DNA of 64,000 nucleotides from Hemiscyllium ocellatum (taxonomy: Eukaryota), in contig NC_083402.1 in the NCBI RefSeq assembly GCF_020745735.1, forward strand, positions 7,874,001-7,938,000. The letters run 5' to 3'. The translations under genes were made by a program, and so were the position numbers. How positions within the stretch are numbered: position 1 is the stretch's first letter; each line of letters begins with the position of its first letter. Shown one piece after another: positions 48,772-62,042 of the stretch. Under the pieces are notes generated by a model that was not told where the DNA came from, did no database searches, and was given only the letters and a program-made list of their open reading frames with translations.

Positions 48772-49199
48772 ATGTTATTCACCACTTGTCATCCCAAGCC
48801 CAGATATTCTCCAGATCTTGTTGGATTTGAACATGAACTGCTTCAGTAAATTGAGGATTTGTAAATGATGCTAAACATTGTATAATCATCGAGTAAGGTC
48901 CCCACTTCAGACCTTATGATGGAGGGAAGGTCATTGATGAAACAGCTGGGGATGTTTGGGCCTGGGGGAATGTCCTGAGGAACTCCTGCAGAGATGAGAT
49001 AACTGATGTCCCAGAACCACGACCATCTTCCTTTGGAACTCTAACCTATGGAGAGTTTGACCCATGACCCCCCTTGATTCCATTGTTTTTCAGAGATCCT
49101 TCCTGCCACACTCGTTTGAATCCAGCCTTGGTGGGATTTGTTTAAAACAAATCTGGTTAGATGCTGCCCCTTTAAGAAAGCTGGTTAGGTGACTTGCAG

Positions 49200-49635
49200 G
49201 GTGTCATTTCCCCTTCTCCCACCTCATCCCAGTTCCAAACTTCCAGCTCAGCACTGTCCCCATGACCTGTCCTACTGACCTATCTTCTTTTCCACCTATC
49301 CACTCCACCCTCCTCTCTGACCTATCACCTTCATCCCACCCCCATCCACCCATTGTACCCCTTGCTACCTTCTCCCGCCCTCCTCCCTGACCTATCACCC
49401 TCATCCCCACCCCCATTCACTTATTGTACTCTCTGCTACTTTCTCCCCCCCACCCCCCACCCTCCTCTCATTTATCTCTCCAACCTTCAGGCACTCTGCC
49501 TGTATTCCTGATGAAGAGCTTTTGCCCCAAACGTCAATTTCCCTGCTCATCGGATGCTGCCTGAACTGCTGTGCTTTTCCAGCACCACTCTACTCCAGAA
49601 TCTGGTTTCCAGCATCTGCAGCCATTGTTTTTCCC
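49200..49635 (+). mobile_element. Penelope 3' fragment with a degenerate hammerhead motif
   Basis: attcCTGATGAagagcttttgcccCAAAcgtc (GAAA mutated) followed by the family tail. Confidence 0.75.
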
Positions 49636-49769
49636 TTGCAGGGTGTGGTGCCAGGGGCTCAGTAAGGAGACAGTTGTGGAGGTGTGAGCATCATCAATGA
49701 AGTGTTCCTGTCCAGAATTTTACCTCTGCCTCCCGAATGTGGAATTTCTGGTTCCCAGTGACTTACAAA

Positions 49770-51130
49770 CTTCACAATGACAAAATGGCATAACTTTAAT
49801 ATGAAAGGTAGGAGGTTCAGAGGGAGTTTCAGGCAAAATGTTTTCACTCAGGGGGTGGTGGGATTCTGGAATGCATTGCCTGGGACTTTACGAGATGCAG
49901 GAAGGCTCACAGGCTTTATAAAGTATTTGGATGAACACATGAAGTGTCATGAGATCAAAGCCTCTTTGCTTAGTATGGGAAAGTGAAACTTGTGATTAAG
50001 TATGAGGGATCTCAGGAAAACGTATGAAATTTTAGCAAAGACTAGACACAGTAAATGCAAGAAAGATGTTCCCGATGACTGAGGATTCCAGAACCAAGGG
50101 GTCACTGGCTAAGGATATGGGGTAGGTCATTTAGGACAGAGATGAAGGAGAAATTCATTTCCTCACAGAAAGCATAAGGAATACATTACTGCAGGTGGCA
50201 CAGTGGCTCAGTGGTTAGCACTGCTGCCTCACAGCGCCAGGGACCCGGGTTCAATTCCCATCTCTGGCAACTATCTGTGTGGATTTTGCACATTCTCCCC
50301 GTGTCTGCGTGGGTTTCCTCCAGGTGACCCGATTTACTCCCACAGTCCAAAGATGTGAAGGTCAGGTGAATTGGCCATGCTGAATTGTTCGTAGTGTTGG
50401 ATGCATTAGTCAGGGGTAAATGTAGGGGAATGGGTTTGGGTGGGATGTTCGTCAGAGGGTCAATGTGGACTTGTTGGGTTGAAGGGCCTGTTTCCACACT
50501 GTAAGGAATCTAAACAGAAAACAGTTGAGGCTAAAACGTTGAATACTTTAAGAAGGAGTTAGATCGAGTTCTTCAGATTAAAGATGTCAAAGAAAACCAG
50601 AACAAGGTCCTGAGTTGGACAATCAGTAACGATCAGATTGAAAGGTGAAACATGCTTAAAGGGCCGAATGGCCTCCTCCAGCCTCCTATTTTCTATGTTA
50701 ACAAATGCCTTCTGGAAATATAAGCTCAATGTATCCACATGTTGTCCTTTATCTGCTGTACATTTCATTTTCACAAAGTGACCTGCTATAACGCCTTCAA
50801 TATTAATTTCTAGCATTTTCACTCTGATAGATAAACAAACTGACCTGTTGTTTTCTACTTTCTGCCTTCTTCCCTTTTTGAATAAATGACTTGCATTCAC
50901 TATTCTTGAAAGGAATGGGACATCCCCTGAACCTCGAGAACTTTGGGAATTTAAAGCAATTGGTCAACTTTCCCAGCAGCGACACCTTAAAGACCCAAGA
51001 TCCCCTCCATCAGGGACCCGGGAAGTTGCCAGCCCACAGCTTCAATGATTAACTCAGTGTCATTTCTCTGGGGATTGTAATTTTCTTGCAGATGCAAAAA
51101 TTATTTGAATTCATCTGCCATTTCCATGAT
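49770..51130. mobile_element. CR1 fragments with an HE1 SINE (+, ~50194-50513)
   Basis: FTQGVVGFWNALP motif; HE1 head, core and tail. Confidence 0.8.
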
Positions 51131-51542
51131 TAATTCTGCAGACTGACTCATGTTGTATTTGTTTCTAAAGTCTTCATAGAAATACATATTTCAACATGAT
51201 TTTATCTCGTACATTAAGTTTTCCCTTTTTGCACATCTTGGAGCCATTGATTCCTGTGCCTTTTATATTCTGTTCAATCTTCAGACCTGTTTCTTTGCTT
51301 TGTGTGATTATTTTCTTTTTCTTTCATTTCAATACTTCATTTCTTTTTGCGTTTCCCTCCAAATGCTGGGTCCCGCCCCTTGCAATTTCTCTTTCTCATT
51401 GAAATATTTATCCCCTTTAATATCTGCCACTATATCCATTGATCATTCCCTTCACCTCATTTATCAGTTCAATTCAACTCGTTCTGCTTTCATACTCTCA
51501 TAATTATCCTTATTTTAGTTTAACGTACGCTGCAAATGTGTT

Positions 51543-52380
51543 GCTGGTCAAAGCACAGCAGGTTAGGCAGCATCTCAGGAATAGAGAATTCAACGTTTCG
51601 AGCATAAGCCCTTCATCAGGAATAAGAGAGAGAGAGCCAAGCAGGCTGAGATAAAAGGTAGGGAGGAGGGACTAGGGGGAGGGGCGATGGAGGTGGGATA
51701 GGTGGAAGGAGGTCAAGGTGAGGGTGATAGGCCGGAGTGGGGTGGGGGCGGAGAGGTCAGGAAGAGGATTGCAGGTTAGGAGGGCGGTGCTGAGTTGAGG
51801 GAACCGACTGAGACAAGGTGGGGGGAGGGGAAATGAGGAAGCTGGAGAAATCTGAATTCATACCTTGTGGTTGGAGGGTTCCCAGGCGGAAGATGAGGCG
51901 CTCCTCCTCCAGCCGTCGTGTAGTTGTGTTCTGCCGGTGGAGGAGTCCGAGGACCTGCATGTCCTCGGTGGAGTGGGAGGGGGAGTTAAAGTGTTGAGCC
52001 ACGGGTGATTGGGTTGGTTGGTTCGGGCGGCCCAGAGGTGTTCTCTGAAGCGTTCCGCAAGTAAGCGGCCTGTCTCACCAATATAGAGGAGGCCACATCG
52101 GGTGCAGCGGATGCAATAGATGATGTGTGTGGAGGTACAGGTGAACTTGTGGCGGATATGGAAGGATCCCTTGGGGGCCTTGGAGGGAAGTGAGTGTGGA
52201 GGTGTGGGCGCAAGTTTTACATTTCCTGCGGTTGCAGGGGAAGGTGCCGGGGGTGGAGGTTGGGTTGGTGGGGGGTGTGGATCTGACAAGGGAGTCACGA
52301 AGGGAGTGGTCCTTGCGGAACGCTGATAGGGGAGGGGAGGGAAATATATCCTTGGTGGTGGGGTCCGTTTGGAGGTGGCG
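51543..52380 (-). mobile_element. Penelope-like element 3' half (GIY-YIG endonuclease plus terminal repeat)
   Basis: KGSFHIRHKFTCTSTHIIYCIRCTRCGLLYIGETGRLLAERFREH; EEERLIFRLGTLQPQGMN. Confidence 0.92.
51588..51623 (-). ncRNA. Minimal hammerhead-ribozyme motif
   Basis: ATTC-CTGATGA-A-GGGC-TTAT-GCTC-GAAA-C-GTT-GAAT (GUU triplet). Confidence 0.65.
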
Positions 52381-53059
52381 TAACAGGCTTGGATCCATGG
52401 TTTCCTCCCTAAAACTGTAAAATTCAGTCATATTAGTATCATTGCTACCTCGGGGTATCTTTGTTTACATTTTATTTATTAATTTTATCTTATTGCAGAA
52501 TAACAAGTCTTGAAGGGTCTGATGTACTTTTGGCTCCAGAATGATACCAAAAATATTCGAAGTACTCCTCATCTGGACTACCTTTACCCATCTACATTTA
52601 TCTGGGTTTCTGCATTTGGAAATTCCATGTCATTGCTTGTGGGTTTTGTGGGTCATTGTGTGGCTGATGAACATAATCCTGCAACCGCTAATCCTTCCAC
52701 ACTTTTGGAATTTATCCTTGGCCACGGGTCACTGGTATTCCTTTTTCTGGTTCCTTTTCCATACTTCCTCTTTTCTGTAGGTATTTTAAAAGAATTGTAT
52801 TCCTTCATACAAGAGCTGCCTTCAAGTTGGTTGAAAGTATCTTGTGCATGAATGGCTGTGGAGGACTTGTTTTGTGGTTGCATTTTGTCTTGTTCCTGTT
52901 TTTGCTCCCAAAGTGGATGATCTCATACTTAACCACATTATACTTCAACTGCAATATATTTGCACACTCACTGAACTGATCCAAATTGCACTGAAGTGTC
53001 TGTATCCTCTCCATAGTTTACCCTCTCGTCCAACTCGGTGTATTTAAGGTTATTCATTC

Positions 53060-54005
53060 CCAGTTTGAGATTTTTATTTTTAAGTGAGCAACATGTGGAT
53101 TTTCTGTGTCTCTAAGGTTAATAATTGGCTTAGTATTGCTGTAGCCATGGTGATTTCTTCAGAGAAGAGTTTTTGGGGACAAGCTTTAGAATTGATGGAT
53201 TTTTGTTTATCTTAGATTGTTCTGTAGCCCAGGAAGATAAATAATGGGCCCTCAAGGTTTGTTAGAACTTTCTGGAACTTTATTTTTAAGCTTCAGGGAT
53301 ACAGCTATAATTTGGAGGAAGAGTTTTTATCCTTAGTTTTACTCTTGGTTTGTGCAATGTTATGAAATGCTTGGATGAATATGGCACCTGTGAAGGGAAG
53401 AACATAGTAATTTACTTTACCTTCAAGTGAGGAGTTAATGTTAATCACAGTCCAGAAATGTTGGGACAAAACCCTGAAGAGGTTACTTGAAACTCAGTGC
53501 ATTTGAACTCAACTGTATCCTAGTTCCTGTAAAAACCTCAATGTTAACCAATAAGTTAAAATTGCAAGTGGCTTATATCTACTGAAGTGATAGAAACAGG
53601 GATTCTGGTATAAGTATTGCACAAGTAGTGTTTTTGGTTACTATATGATGTGTGATTTTAGTCACTGTCCCAGTGAAAAGCTTTGGGTATGATGAAAAAG
53701 CTTTACATTGAATTTAATTTGTAAAAGAGTGTTTTGGCATAAATGGAATTATATTTGTAGCATACATTTTAAACATCTTTGGATTTGCGTCAGAAGTAGA
53801 CAGTTTTGTTTATTTTATTTTGTCATTTTGATTCTGAATAAACTTGTATTTTATTATTAAAGCAATCCATGCAGCATTATGTGCTTATCTTTCACAGAGA
53901 GAACATTTCATTGGAAACCAAGAATAATCTAAATATGATCTAGCAAGCCAGGTTCCACATCTGGGATCTGATTTGTCAGTAATAACATCAGCTGGGATTA
54001 TAACA
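53060..54005 (+). mobile_element. Probable LTR (solo or partial), left end not resolved
   Basis: AATAAA near 53837 and a terminus ...cagctgggattataACA at 54005, resembling the other LTR ends in the window. Confidence 0.4.
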
Positions 54006-54149
54006 ATATTAATACCTTTCTATCTTAATTTATCTCTGCTCTTTTACTGAACACACCTTCCTACATTTGATGCCTCACCCCAGTAATTATTTTAAAACAG
54101 TGCAATCTGACTTGGTCAATTACTGATCTTGGACTGAGCTATGTAGGAT

Positions 54150-55190
54150 ATTCATGGCCTCCTTCTTCAAAGATTGCAATTTCCCTCCAGATGTGATTGA
54201 TGATGCCCTCCACTGCATCTCCTCCACTTCCCGCTCCTCTCCCCTTGAGCCCCGCCCCTCCAATCGACACCAGGACAGAACCCCACTGGTCCTCACCTAC
54301 CACCCCACCAACCTCCATATACATTGTACCATCTGTCGTCATTTCCACCACTTCCAAACGGACCCCACCACCAGGGATATATTTTCCTCCCCTCCCCTAT
54401 CAGTGTTCCGAAAAGACGACTCCCTCCGTGACTCCCTCGTCAGGTCCACACCCCCCACCAATCCAACCTCCACTCCCGGCACCTTCCCCTGCAACCGCAA
54501 GAAATGCAAAACTTGCGCCCACATCTCCCCCCTTACTTCCCTCGAACGCCCCAAGGGATCCTTCCATATCTGCCACAGATTCACCTGCACCTCCACACAC
54601 ATCATTTACTGCATCCACTGTACCCGATGTGGCCTCCTCTATATTGGGGAGACAGGCCGCCTACTTGCGGAACGTTTCAGAGAACACCTCTGGGACACCC
54701 AGACCAACCAACCCAACCACCCCGTGGCTCAACAATTCAATTAACCCACCCACTCCGCCAAGGACATGCAGGTCATCGGACTCATCCATCGCCAGACCAT
54801 CGCAACACGCTGGCTGGAGGAAGAGCGCCTCATCTTCTGCCTAGAAAGCCTTCAAAGACAAGGGATGAACTCAGATTTCTCCAGTTTCCTCATTTCCCCT
54901 CCCCCACCTTGTCTCAGTCAAATCCCTTGAACTCAGCACCGCCTTCCTAACCTGCAATCTTCTTCCTGACCTCTGCGCTCCCACCCACACTCCGGCCTAT
55001 CACCCTCACCTTGACCTCCTTCCACCGATTGCATTTCCAACGTCCCTTCCCCAAGTCCCTCCTCCCTACCTTTTATCTTAGCCCGCTGGACACTTTCCTC
55101 ATTCCTGAAGAAGGGCTCATGCTCGAAACATCCACTCTCCTGCTCCTTGGATGCTGCCTGACCTGCTGCACTTTTCCAGCAACACATTTT
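54150..55190 (+). mobile_element. Penelope-like element 3' half (post-RT region, GIY-YIG, terminal repeat)
   Basis: 196-aa frame MASFFKDCNFP...RTPLVLTYHP...FPCNRKKCKTC...IIYCIHCTRCGLLYIGETGR. Confidence 0.92.
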
Positions 55191-56779
55191 CAGTTGTGTA
55201 GGATACTCTTGAGTAAAGGGTTTAGGTCCCACATTAGATTCTGGAGATCTTTGTGTCTGACTGTGTGATATGTAGATATTGTTGATAAGGGACAGCTTCA
55301 TTTGAGACACTTCCAGTTGTGGAGAGAATGGAACAGATTTGTTCATCACTCACCAAAATATTTACTGATCATTTTTGTCTCTTTAGGGTGTTCATAGGCA
55401 AATCGAGCACACTCCACCTTTGAAAAGGTCGGGTAATTAGTGATTGATACAAGGGTAGTGCTAGAGAGGCTCTGGTTCAGAGATGAATTGAATATCTCTT
55501 ACTGAATGCAGCTTCCTGCTGATGAGCTGCTAATGTGGTTTGTCCTTTTAGGAAACTGCTCAAACACTTAGAGTGGGAAAGTGATCTCCATAAACCATGA
55601 CAGGTTAATAAATTCTCAACAGAATTTGTTAATTTCCAGCTGTAGGCAAATCTCTAGCTCCAGAATCACCTGTGATCTCCCTTCCCCAAATTAACCTGCA
55701 ATTCACCTCCGTGGAAAACTAAACTATTGCTCATTTTTATTACCATGCATACTTTGAATTGTAATTAATGTTTTATGAAGGGAATAATTGAAATGTTATC
55801 ATCTGCAGTAAGTGCTGAGTATAAAATGGAAGTTTTTGTGAAACCTATTACTTCCTCTTTTGCTCTCCAAGCAGCTGAATTTCCATTGGGTGTGGATGTG
55901 ATTTGCGCATCATCCTCCACTTTCCAAGATTTCCAAGCCTTGTAACTTCCTACAAATTTGCAGCAGATGGGAGGCCCCTGCAGGAACTTTCCCCTCATCT
56001 CCAACACCCTCCCTCCCTGCCCTGTGACTAGTTGCTCAAAGCTGACCCAGAGCTGCCTGGAATGATCTGTCACTGTGATTCCTGACTGTGTCTGCATAGC
56101 CCTCCCTGTGTTACAGCTGCTGACTACACCTGGGTAGGCAAGGCAAGGCTGTTTATGGTGACCACTTTTTCAAGGCTGACATGGGTGATTTGAAAATCTT
56201 TTAAATTTAATTTCTAGATGTGAGCAAATCTTGTTGGGTCAGCATTTATTCTTAGTTGCCCTTGAGAAGTTGATGGTCAGCTGCCTTTATGAAACACTGC
56301 AGTCCGTGTGTTATAGTTTGAGCCACAGAGTCCTTAGGGAGCGAACTCCAGGGATTTGATCCAGCAACAGTTCCCCACCACCTTCTCATGGACAGCTAGG
56401 AGCCCGACCCATGACCTGTGAGGGAATAAGCAAAAAGATAGGATTCTTGTTACTGGGAATATGTCATTAGCTTCCTCTGAATACTTATGTTCCTTGTGTG
56501 TTTTTCAGAATGATCCAGGGCCATCCAGTATTCCCAAGATGAATCAGGCCCAGCAAGCGTCTGCTCCAGGTACTGGCTGTACTCGAACTGACCAATCACC
56601 ATCCATTTCAGACACTGTAACAGAGAGAGTGTGAAGCATCAACACAGTGGGATTCTGCTCCACAGGTTACGGATCAATAAAGATACCTTGAAGAAAGCTA
56701 TTCTCTGGGCAGTTTGCAGAAGTCATTGGCTTGGCAGTTCCCCTCTAAACTGTTCAATTTTCCCTGTTCTTTTCACATC

Positions 56780-57027
56780 AAAGCATCAGATTGTATCATT
56801 GGCTTTTCAGAATGTCAATATGCGAAATTCAAACTGGATTGGAGTTTGTTTTATTTGGTTTATAATTTGGCCTAATTCAAATCTGTTTTTGTCTTCAGGC
56901 AACCAGCTACCCTAGCTACCCCAATAGCTTGTCCTCATGTTATGTTGTATCTTACTGAGAACACTTAGTGCCGTGACTACTAGCTTTTAACTCTCTTAAA
57001 GGTACAGTATATCCATAGCTTCATAAC
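56780..57027. mobile_element. Partial LTR related to 61268-62042
   Basis: Shared tcagattgt...aattcaaac and ctcttaaaggtacagta...cttcataaca terminus. Confidence 0.6.
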
Positions 57028-57029
57028 AA

Positions 57030-59520
57030 TACACCAGTCCTCACTTTATCTGCCTTCTTAACAATTCTGTCAACTTGGGTACCAACTTTTACACATCTAT
57101 GGATGTGGACACCAAGATGCCCCTGCTCCTCCATACTGCCAAGAATCCTGCCTTTAACCCTGTAATCTGTGTTCAAATTCGACCATCTAAAATGAATCAC
57201 TTCACGCTTTTACAGGTTGAACTCCGTCTGCCACTTCTCAGCTAGGCTCTGCATCCAGTCAGTGTCTCATTGCAACCTACAACAACCCTGCACACCATCC
57301 ACAACTCCACTAACCTTCGTGTCAGCAGCAAACTTACTAACCCACCCTTGCATTTCCTCTTCCAAGTCATTTATAAAAATCACAAAGAGCAAAAGTCCCA
57401 GAACAGATTCCTGCAGGACACCATTGATCACCGAGCTCCAGGCTGAATACTTTCCATCAACTAGCACCTTCGGTCTTCTTTGGGCCATCCAATTCTATAT
57501 CCACACAGCCAAATCTCCCTGAATCCCATGCCTCCTTACTTTCTGAATGATCCTATCATGTGGAGCTTCATCAAGTGCCTTGCCAAAATCCATGTACACC
57601 ACATCCACCGCTGTACCTTCATCAATGTGTTTTGTTACACCCTCAAAGAATTCAACAAGACTTGTGAAATGTGACCCTCCCCACACAAATCACGATTAGA
57701 TTAGATTCCTACAGTATGGAAACAGGACCTTTGGCCCAACAAGTTCCCACCAACCTCCCTAAGAGTAACCCACCCAGTCCCATTCCCCAACCCTATATTT
57801 ACCCTTGACTAATGCACCTAACACTATGGGCAATTTAGAATGGCCAATTCACCTAACTTGCACATCTTTGGATTGTGGGAGGAAACCGGAGCACCCGGAG
57901 GAAACCAATGCAGACACAGGGAGATTGTGCAAACTCCACACAGACAGTCACCCGAGGCGGAAATCGAACTCAGGTTCCTGGTGCTGTGAGGCAGCTGTGC
58001 TAACTACTGAGCCACTGTACTATGAGCTATGGTTTTCCAAGTAATCATAAATCCTGTCTCACCATATAATACTGACTGGTCTGTAATTCCCAGGATTATC
58101 CATATTTTCTTTCTTGAACAAGGCAATAACATTTGACACCCTCCATTGATGTGATACAAATCCGGTGGACAGTGAGGACACAAAGATTATCGTCAAAGGC
58201 ACAGCAATCTGTTCCCTCGCTTCCCGTAGTAACCTTGGGTACATCCTCTCTGGCCGAGTGGATTTATCCATCCTCACATTTTTTAAAAACTTCCAGCACA
58301 TCCTCCTTCTTAACATCAATCTGTTCAAGTATATCAGCGTGCTTCACACTGTCCTCACAAACGGCAAGGACCCTCTTTCTATTGAATACTGAAGCAAAAC
58401 ATTCATTAATGATCTCTCTTACCTCCTCCAACTCCAAGGACAAATTCCCTCCACTATCCCTGAGCAGCCCTATCCTCACTTGGGCCATCCTCTTGTTCCT
58501 CACATAAGTGTAGAATGCCCCTTGGTGTTTTCCTTAATCCTACCCACCAAGGTTTTATCATGCCCCCTTCCATCTCTTCTCACTCCATTTCTCAGTTCCT
58601 TGCTGGCTACCTTGTTACCCTTCAGAACCCTGCCTGATCCTTGCTTCCTCTACCTGAAGTAAGCTTCCTTCTTCCTCTTGACTAGATGTCCTACTCCCTT
58701 GTCATCCAAGGTTCAATCATCCTACCATTCCTTCCTTGCCTCAGTAGGACAATACTGTCCAGCACTATCAGCAAGTGCTCCCTGAATAACCCCCACATTT
58801 CGGTTGTGCATTTCCCTGAGTATATCTGTTCCCAAATTGTGCTCCACAGTTCCTGCCTGATAGCATTGTAATTCCCCCTCCCCCAATTAAATACTTTCTC
58901 TACCATCTGCTACCTGTTTACAGTTAAGGTCAGGCAGTTGTGATCATTATCACCGAAATGCTATCCCACCGCGAGATCTAACACCTGACCGGGTTCATTG
59001 CCAAGAACCAAATGGAATATGGCCTCCCTTCTAGTCGGCCTATCTACATATTGAGTCCGAATCCTTCCTGGATGCACCTGACAAATCCTGCTCCATTCAA
59101 ACTATTTGCAGTAAGGAGATTCCAATTAATAGTAGGGAAGTTAACGTCACCCATGACAACAACCCTGTTACTTCTGCACCTTTATAAAATCTGCCTCCCA
59201 ATCTGCTCCTCCATGTCTCTATTGCTATTGGGGGGGGTCTATAGAAAGCTCCCAATGAAGTAACTGCTCCTTTCCTATTTCTGACTTCTACCCACACTGA
59301 CTCTGAAGGCAAACCCTCCTGGATGACCTCCCTTTCTGCAGCTGTGATACTATCCCTGATTAGCAATGCCACTTCCCACCTCCCACCCCCCACCCCTTTT
59401 ACCTCTCTCCTTGTTCCTTTTAAAACATTCAAACCCCAGAATGTCCAACAACCATTCCTGCCCCTGTGGTATCCAAATCTCCATAATGGACACAACATCG
59501 TAGCTCCAAGGACTGATCCG
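57030..59520 (-). mobile_element. CR1 LINE ORF2 (endonuclease to RT) with an HE1 SINE (-, 57696-58018)
   Basis: LLSWVTLTSL is the frameshifted VMGDVNF region; NPGNYRPVS; YMDFGKALD; SKFAADTK. Confidence 0.9.
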
Positions 59521-59689
59521 TGCTCTCAGTTCATCATTTACAAAAGATGAGAAAACAAAAAGGGAACAAATGTTGTTGGAATCTGGCTTGGAAAGACAAA
59601 GCAGGTTAATTCATTGTCATCGTCATTACTCACTGATGAGTGGGATCATCCACTGAGGAAATTCCGTGCCACTGGCCATGGGGTCTGTG

Positions 59690-60200
59690 GGTCCATGTGT
59701 GACTGATGAGCCTGATCCTGGAGCCACATCTCCAACCACATATTTGACAGGTGTTTCCCCACAGGTGAGATTGGTCCTTGGTCTGGAGATCATTAAAAGT
59801 CCATTCTGTGGTTCTTTTTCCATGCTTCGTCTGCTGATGGGTGTTCACAAACAATTGTGTCCCTTCACACAGGAGTTTCCTTCAACTCGCTTTCATTTGA
59901 ATGAGGGTCTCCCATGCATTGACATCAATGTTGGATTATTGAGGGAAGCCTTTTGGTCATTTTTGAAATGATTCCTTGACCATGTGATCCTTGATAAGTC
60001 CCATCAACACTGAGGCAGCCTTTCCACATCAGCTGGAGGGACAGCTGTCAGCATCCTTGAAGCAGCGAACAGCAGGTGAATTGCAGCTGGAAAGACACTG
60101 TGGATGAACTGAAATGTTGCTCTGCCTCGGAACTGGCAGCTGGCTGTGTTGAATTGGTTCATCATTGGAGGACCGTTTGCTGACGTGCCACACACAGAGA
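59690..60200 (-). mobile_element. RTE-clade (BovB-like) LINE 3' fragment
   Basis: C-terminal C..CG..C.SRI.L.SH.WTH motif (TCQICGWRCGSRIRLISHTWTH) and an NIDVNAWETL-type segment. Confidence 0.7.
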
Positions 60201-60259
60201 ATGTTGAAAGTAAAGGTTAGAACCAGAGTGAGCTGACTCTCACTGGATTTTGGACAGGG

Positions 60260-60727
60260 GGAACCAGGTATGGGGTGGAGGGGTGGGGGGTGTTGTGAAG
60301 ATGGGGCATAGGTTGGGGAGTGAGGTACAGTTTAGGGTGTGGGGGTGTTTTTGGTGGTGGGGGATGGGGTGGGGAAGTGGTTGTGGTGGTGGGTGATGGA
60401 GTGGGGATGAGTTGGGGATGTGGGACAGGGTGTGTGGTGTGTGGCACAGGTTGGGGTGGGCGGCGGGATAAGTTTGGAGTCAAGGTATCGGGTTGGGGGA
60501 TGGGGTGGGTGGGGTAGGGATGGGTTGGGGGCTGGGTTGGAGGGGCCATTTAGAGGGGACAGGTTGCAGAATGGGGTGGCTGGGGTGGAATCTGGTTGAG
60601 TGGACACATTGGGGTGGATGCATTAGGGGTGGGGTATGGTGTGAGTCAGGAACGGGTTGGGAGTTGTATTGGGGGTGGCAGGATGGGGTGGGGGTTAGCA
60701 ATTTGTTTTCTAAGCCTCCCACTGGGG
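60260..60727 (+). repeat. G-rich low-complexity tract (GGGGT/GGTGG runs) abutting the assembly gap
   Basis: Dozens of G3-G5 runs on one strand. Confidence 0.85.
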
Positions 60728-60908
60728 NNNNNNNNNNNNNNNNNNNNNNNNNNNNNNNNNNNNNNNNNNNNNNNNNNNNNNNNNNNNNNNNNNNNNNNNN
60801 NNNNNNNNNNNNNNNNNNNNNNNNNNNNNNNNNNNNNNNNNNNNNNNNNNNNNNNNNNNNNNNNNNNNNNNNNNNNNNNNNNNNNNNNNNNNNNNNNNNN
60901 NNNNNNNN
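60728..60908. other. Assembly gap (181 N)
   Basis: Run of N. Confidence 1.
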
Positions 60909-61121
60909 CTGTCTTGTTCTGAGAAAAGAATCCCAGTCTGTGAGAAATAAATAAAAGTGTCTCGAGGTCTGCAGAAGCTGCTGACATTGCCCAGGGACTT
61001 TGGAATTCAAGCCAGATGGACAGTCCTATGCGCCTGTCATACAACCCATTATCCAAAGGTCTCATGAAAGCCTGGCATCCAGCTGAACAATACAATTCTT
61101 GCATTTCCTTTCTCAATTTAT

Positions 61122-61126
<5 letters not shown>

Positions 61127-61193
<67 letters not shown>
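61127..61193 (+). repeat. (GT)n microsatellite, ~33 units
   Basis: Seen directly. Confidence 0.98.
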
Positions 61194-61200
<7 letters not shown>

Positions 61201-61267
61201 GCGCAGGCATTTGTGAGAGAGATGTCTGATTGGATGTTTATGACCAGAGAAGATTTGACTTAGATTG

Positions 61268-62042
61268 TGTTATGACACGGTGGTGAACCACTCTGTTAAT
61301 GAAACCAAACACCCAAAAAAGCTCACCTCGCCTCTTAATCTGTTCAAATATATATGACAGAGAACTCCCAAATTCAACTATTTGAAAAAAATAACATCAA
61401 TTTATTGTTTAACTATGAAGTGAACATTAAACAACAACTATTCACAACGCTAAGACCCCCATCTCTCAACTGCTTATTCCCTGCCTCCAACTCCATAACA
61501 ATATACTGTTCCAATAAGACATTTATGAAAGTTACATCAATTTAATTTCAAAACCATACAGCCGCTGTCTACTTCTGTGCCATTACACTTCCAGCTGCTG
61601 AATTCCCTGGGTCATCTAATTTCTTTCATTGGGAGTATGTTTCACATGGAAAGCTACCTTTGATAGAGAGTGTTTCCTAGTTAGTTAAATCTATCTCGAT
61701 AGTAGTTGCTCTCCCTCCAATTTTCAAAATGCCTGCATTTTTATACCCTAATATCAGATTGTCTCACTGGCTCAATGTTGGCAAAACAATAAATTCAAAC
61801 ATGACTGGGTTTTAGTACGTTGGGGCATAATTTAAACTGATGGGTTTAAATTGGAATTTTGTTGTCAAAACAGCAACCAAAACTTAGGTATCCATTTCAC
61901 AGCCAAATGTTACATATTTTCAATTTTCCAGTAAACTCTGGGACTGCTGTCTAGTTATATACACAGGTGTTTGTAAACTATCTGTTGAGAACAGCAGACT
62001 CTCTCTCTTAAAGGTACAGTACAGACCTTCAACTTCATAACA
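61268..62042 (-). mobile_element. Solo LTR (775 bp), same family as 16065-16745
   Basis: 8-bp terminal inverted repeat TGTTATGA/TCATAACA; flanks ATTG/ATAG (4-bp TSD, 1 mismatch); orientation taken from the PBS-bearing copy. Confidence 0.85.

Noticed and set aside
60217-61116. Pro/Gly-rich ORFs of 100-176 aa
   Set aside because: Low-complexity G-rich DNA and frames that run through the N gap.
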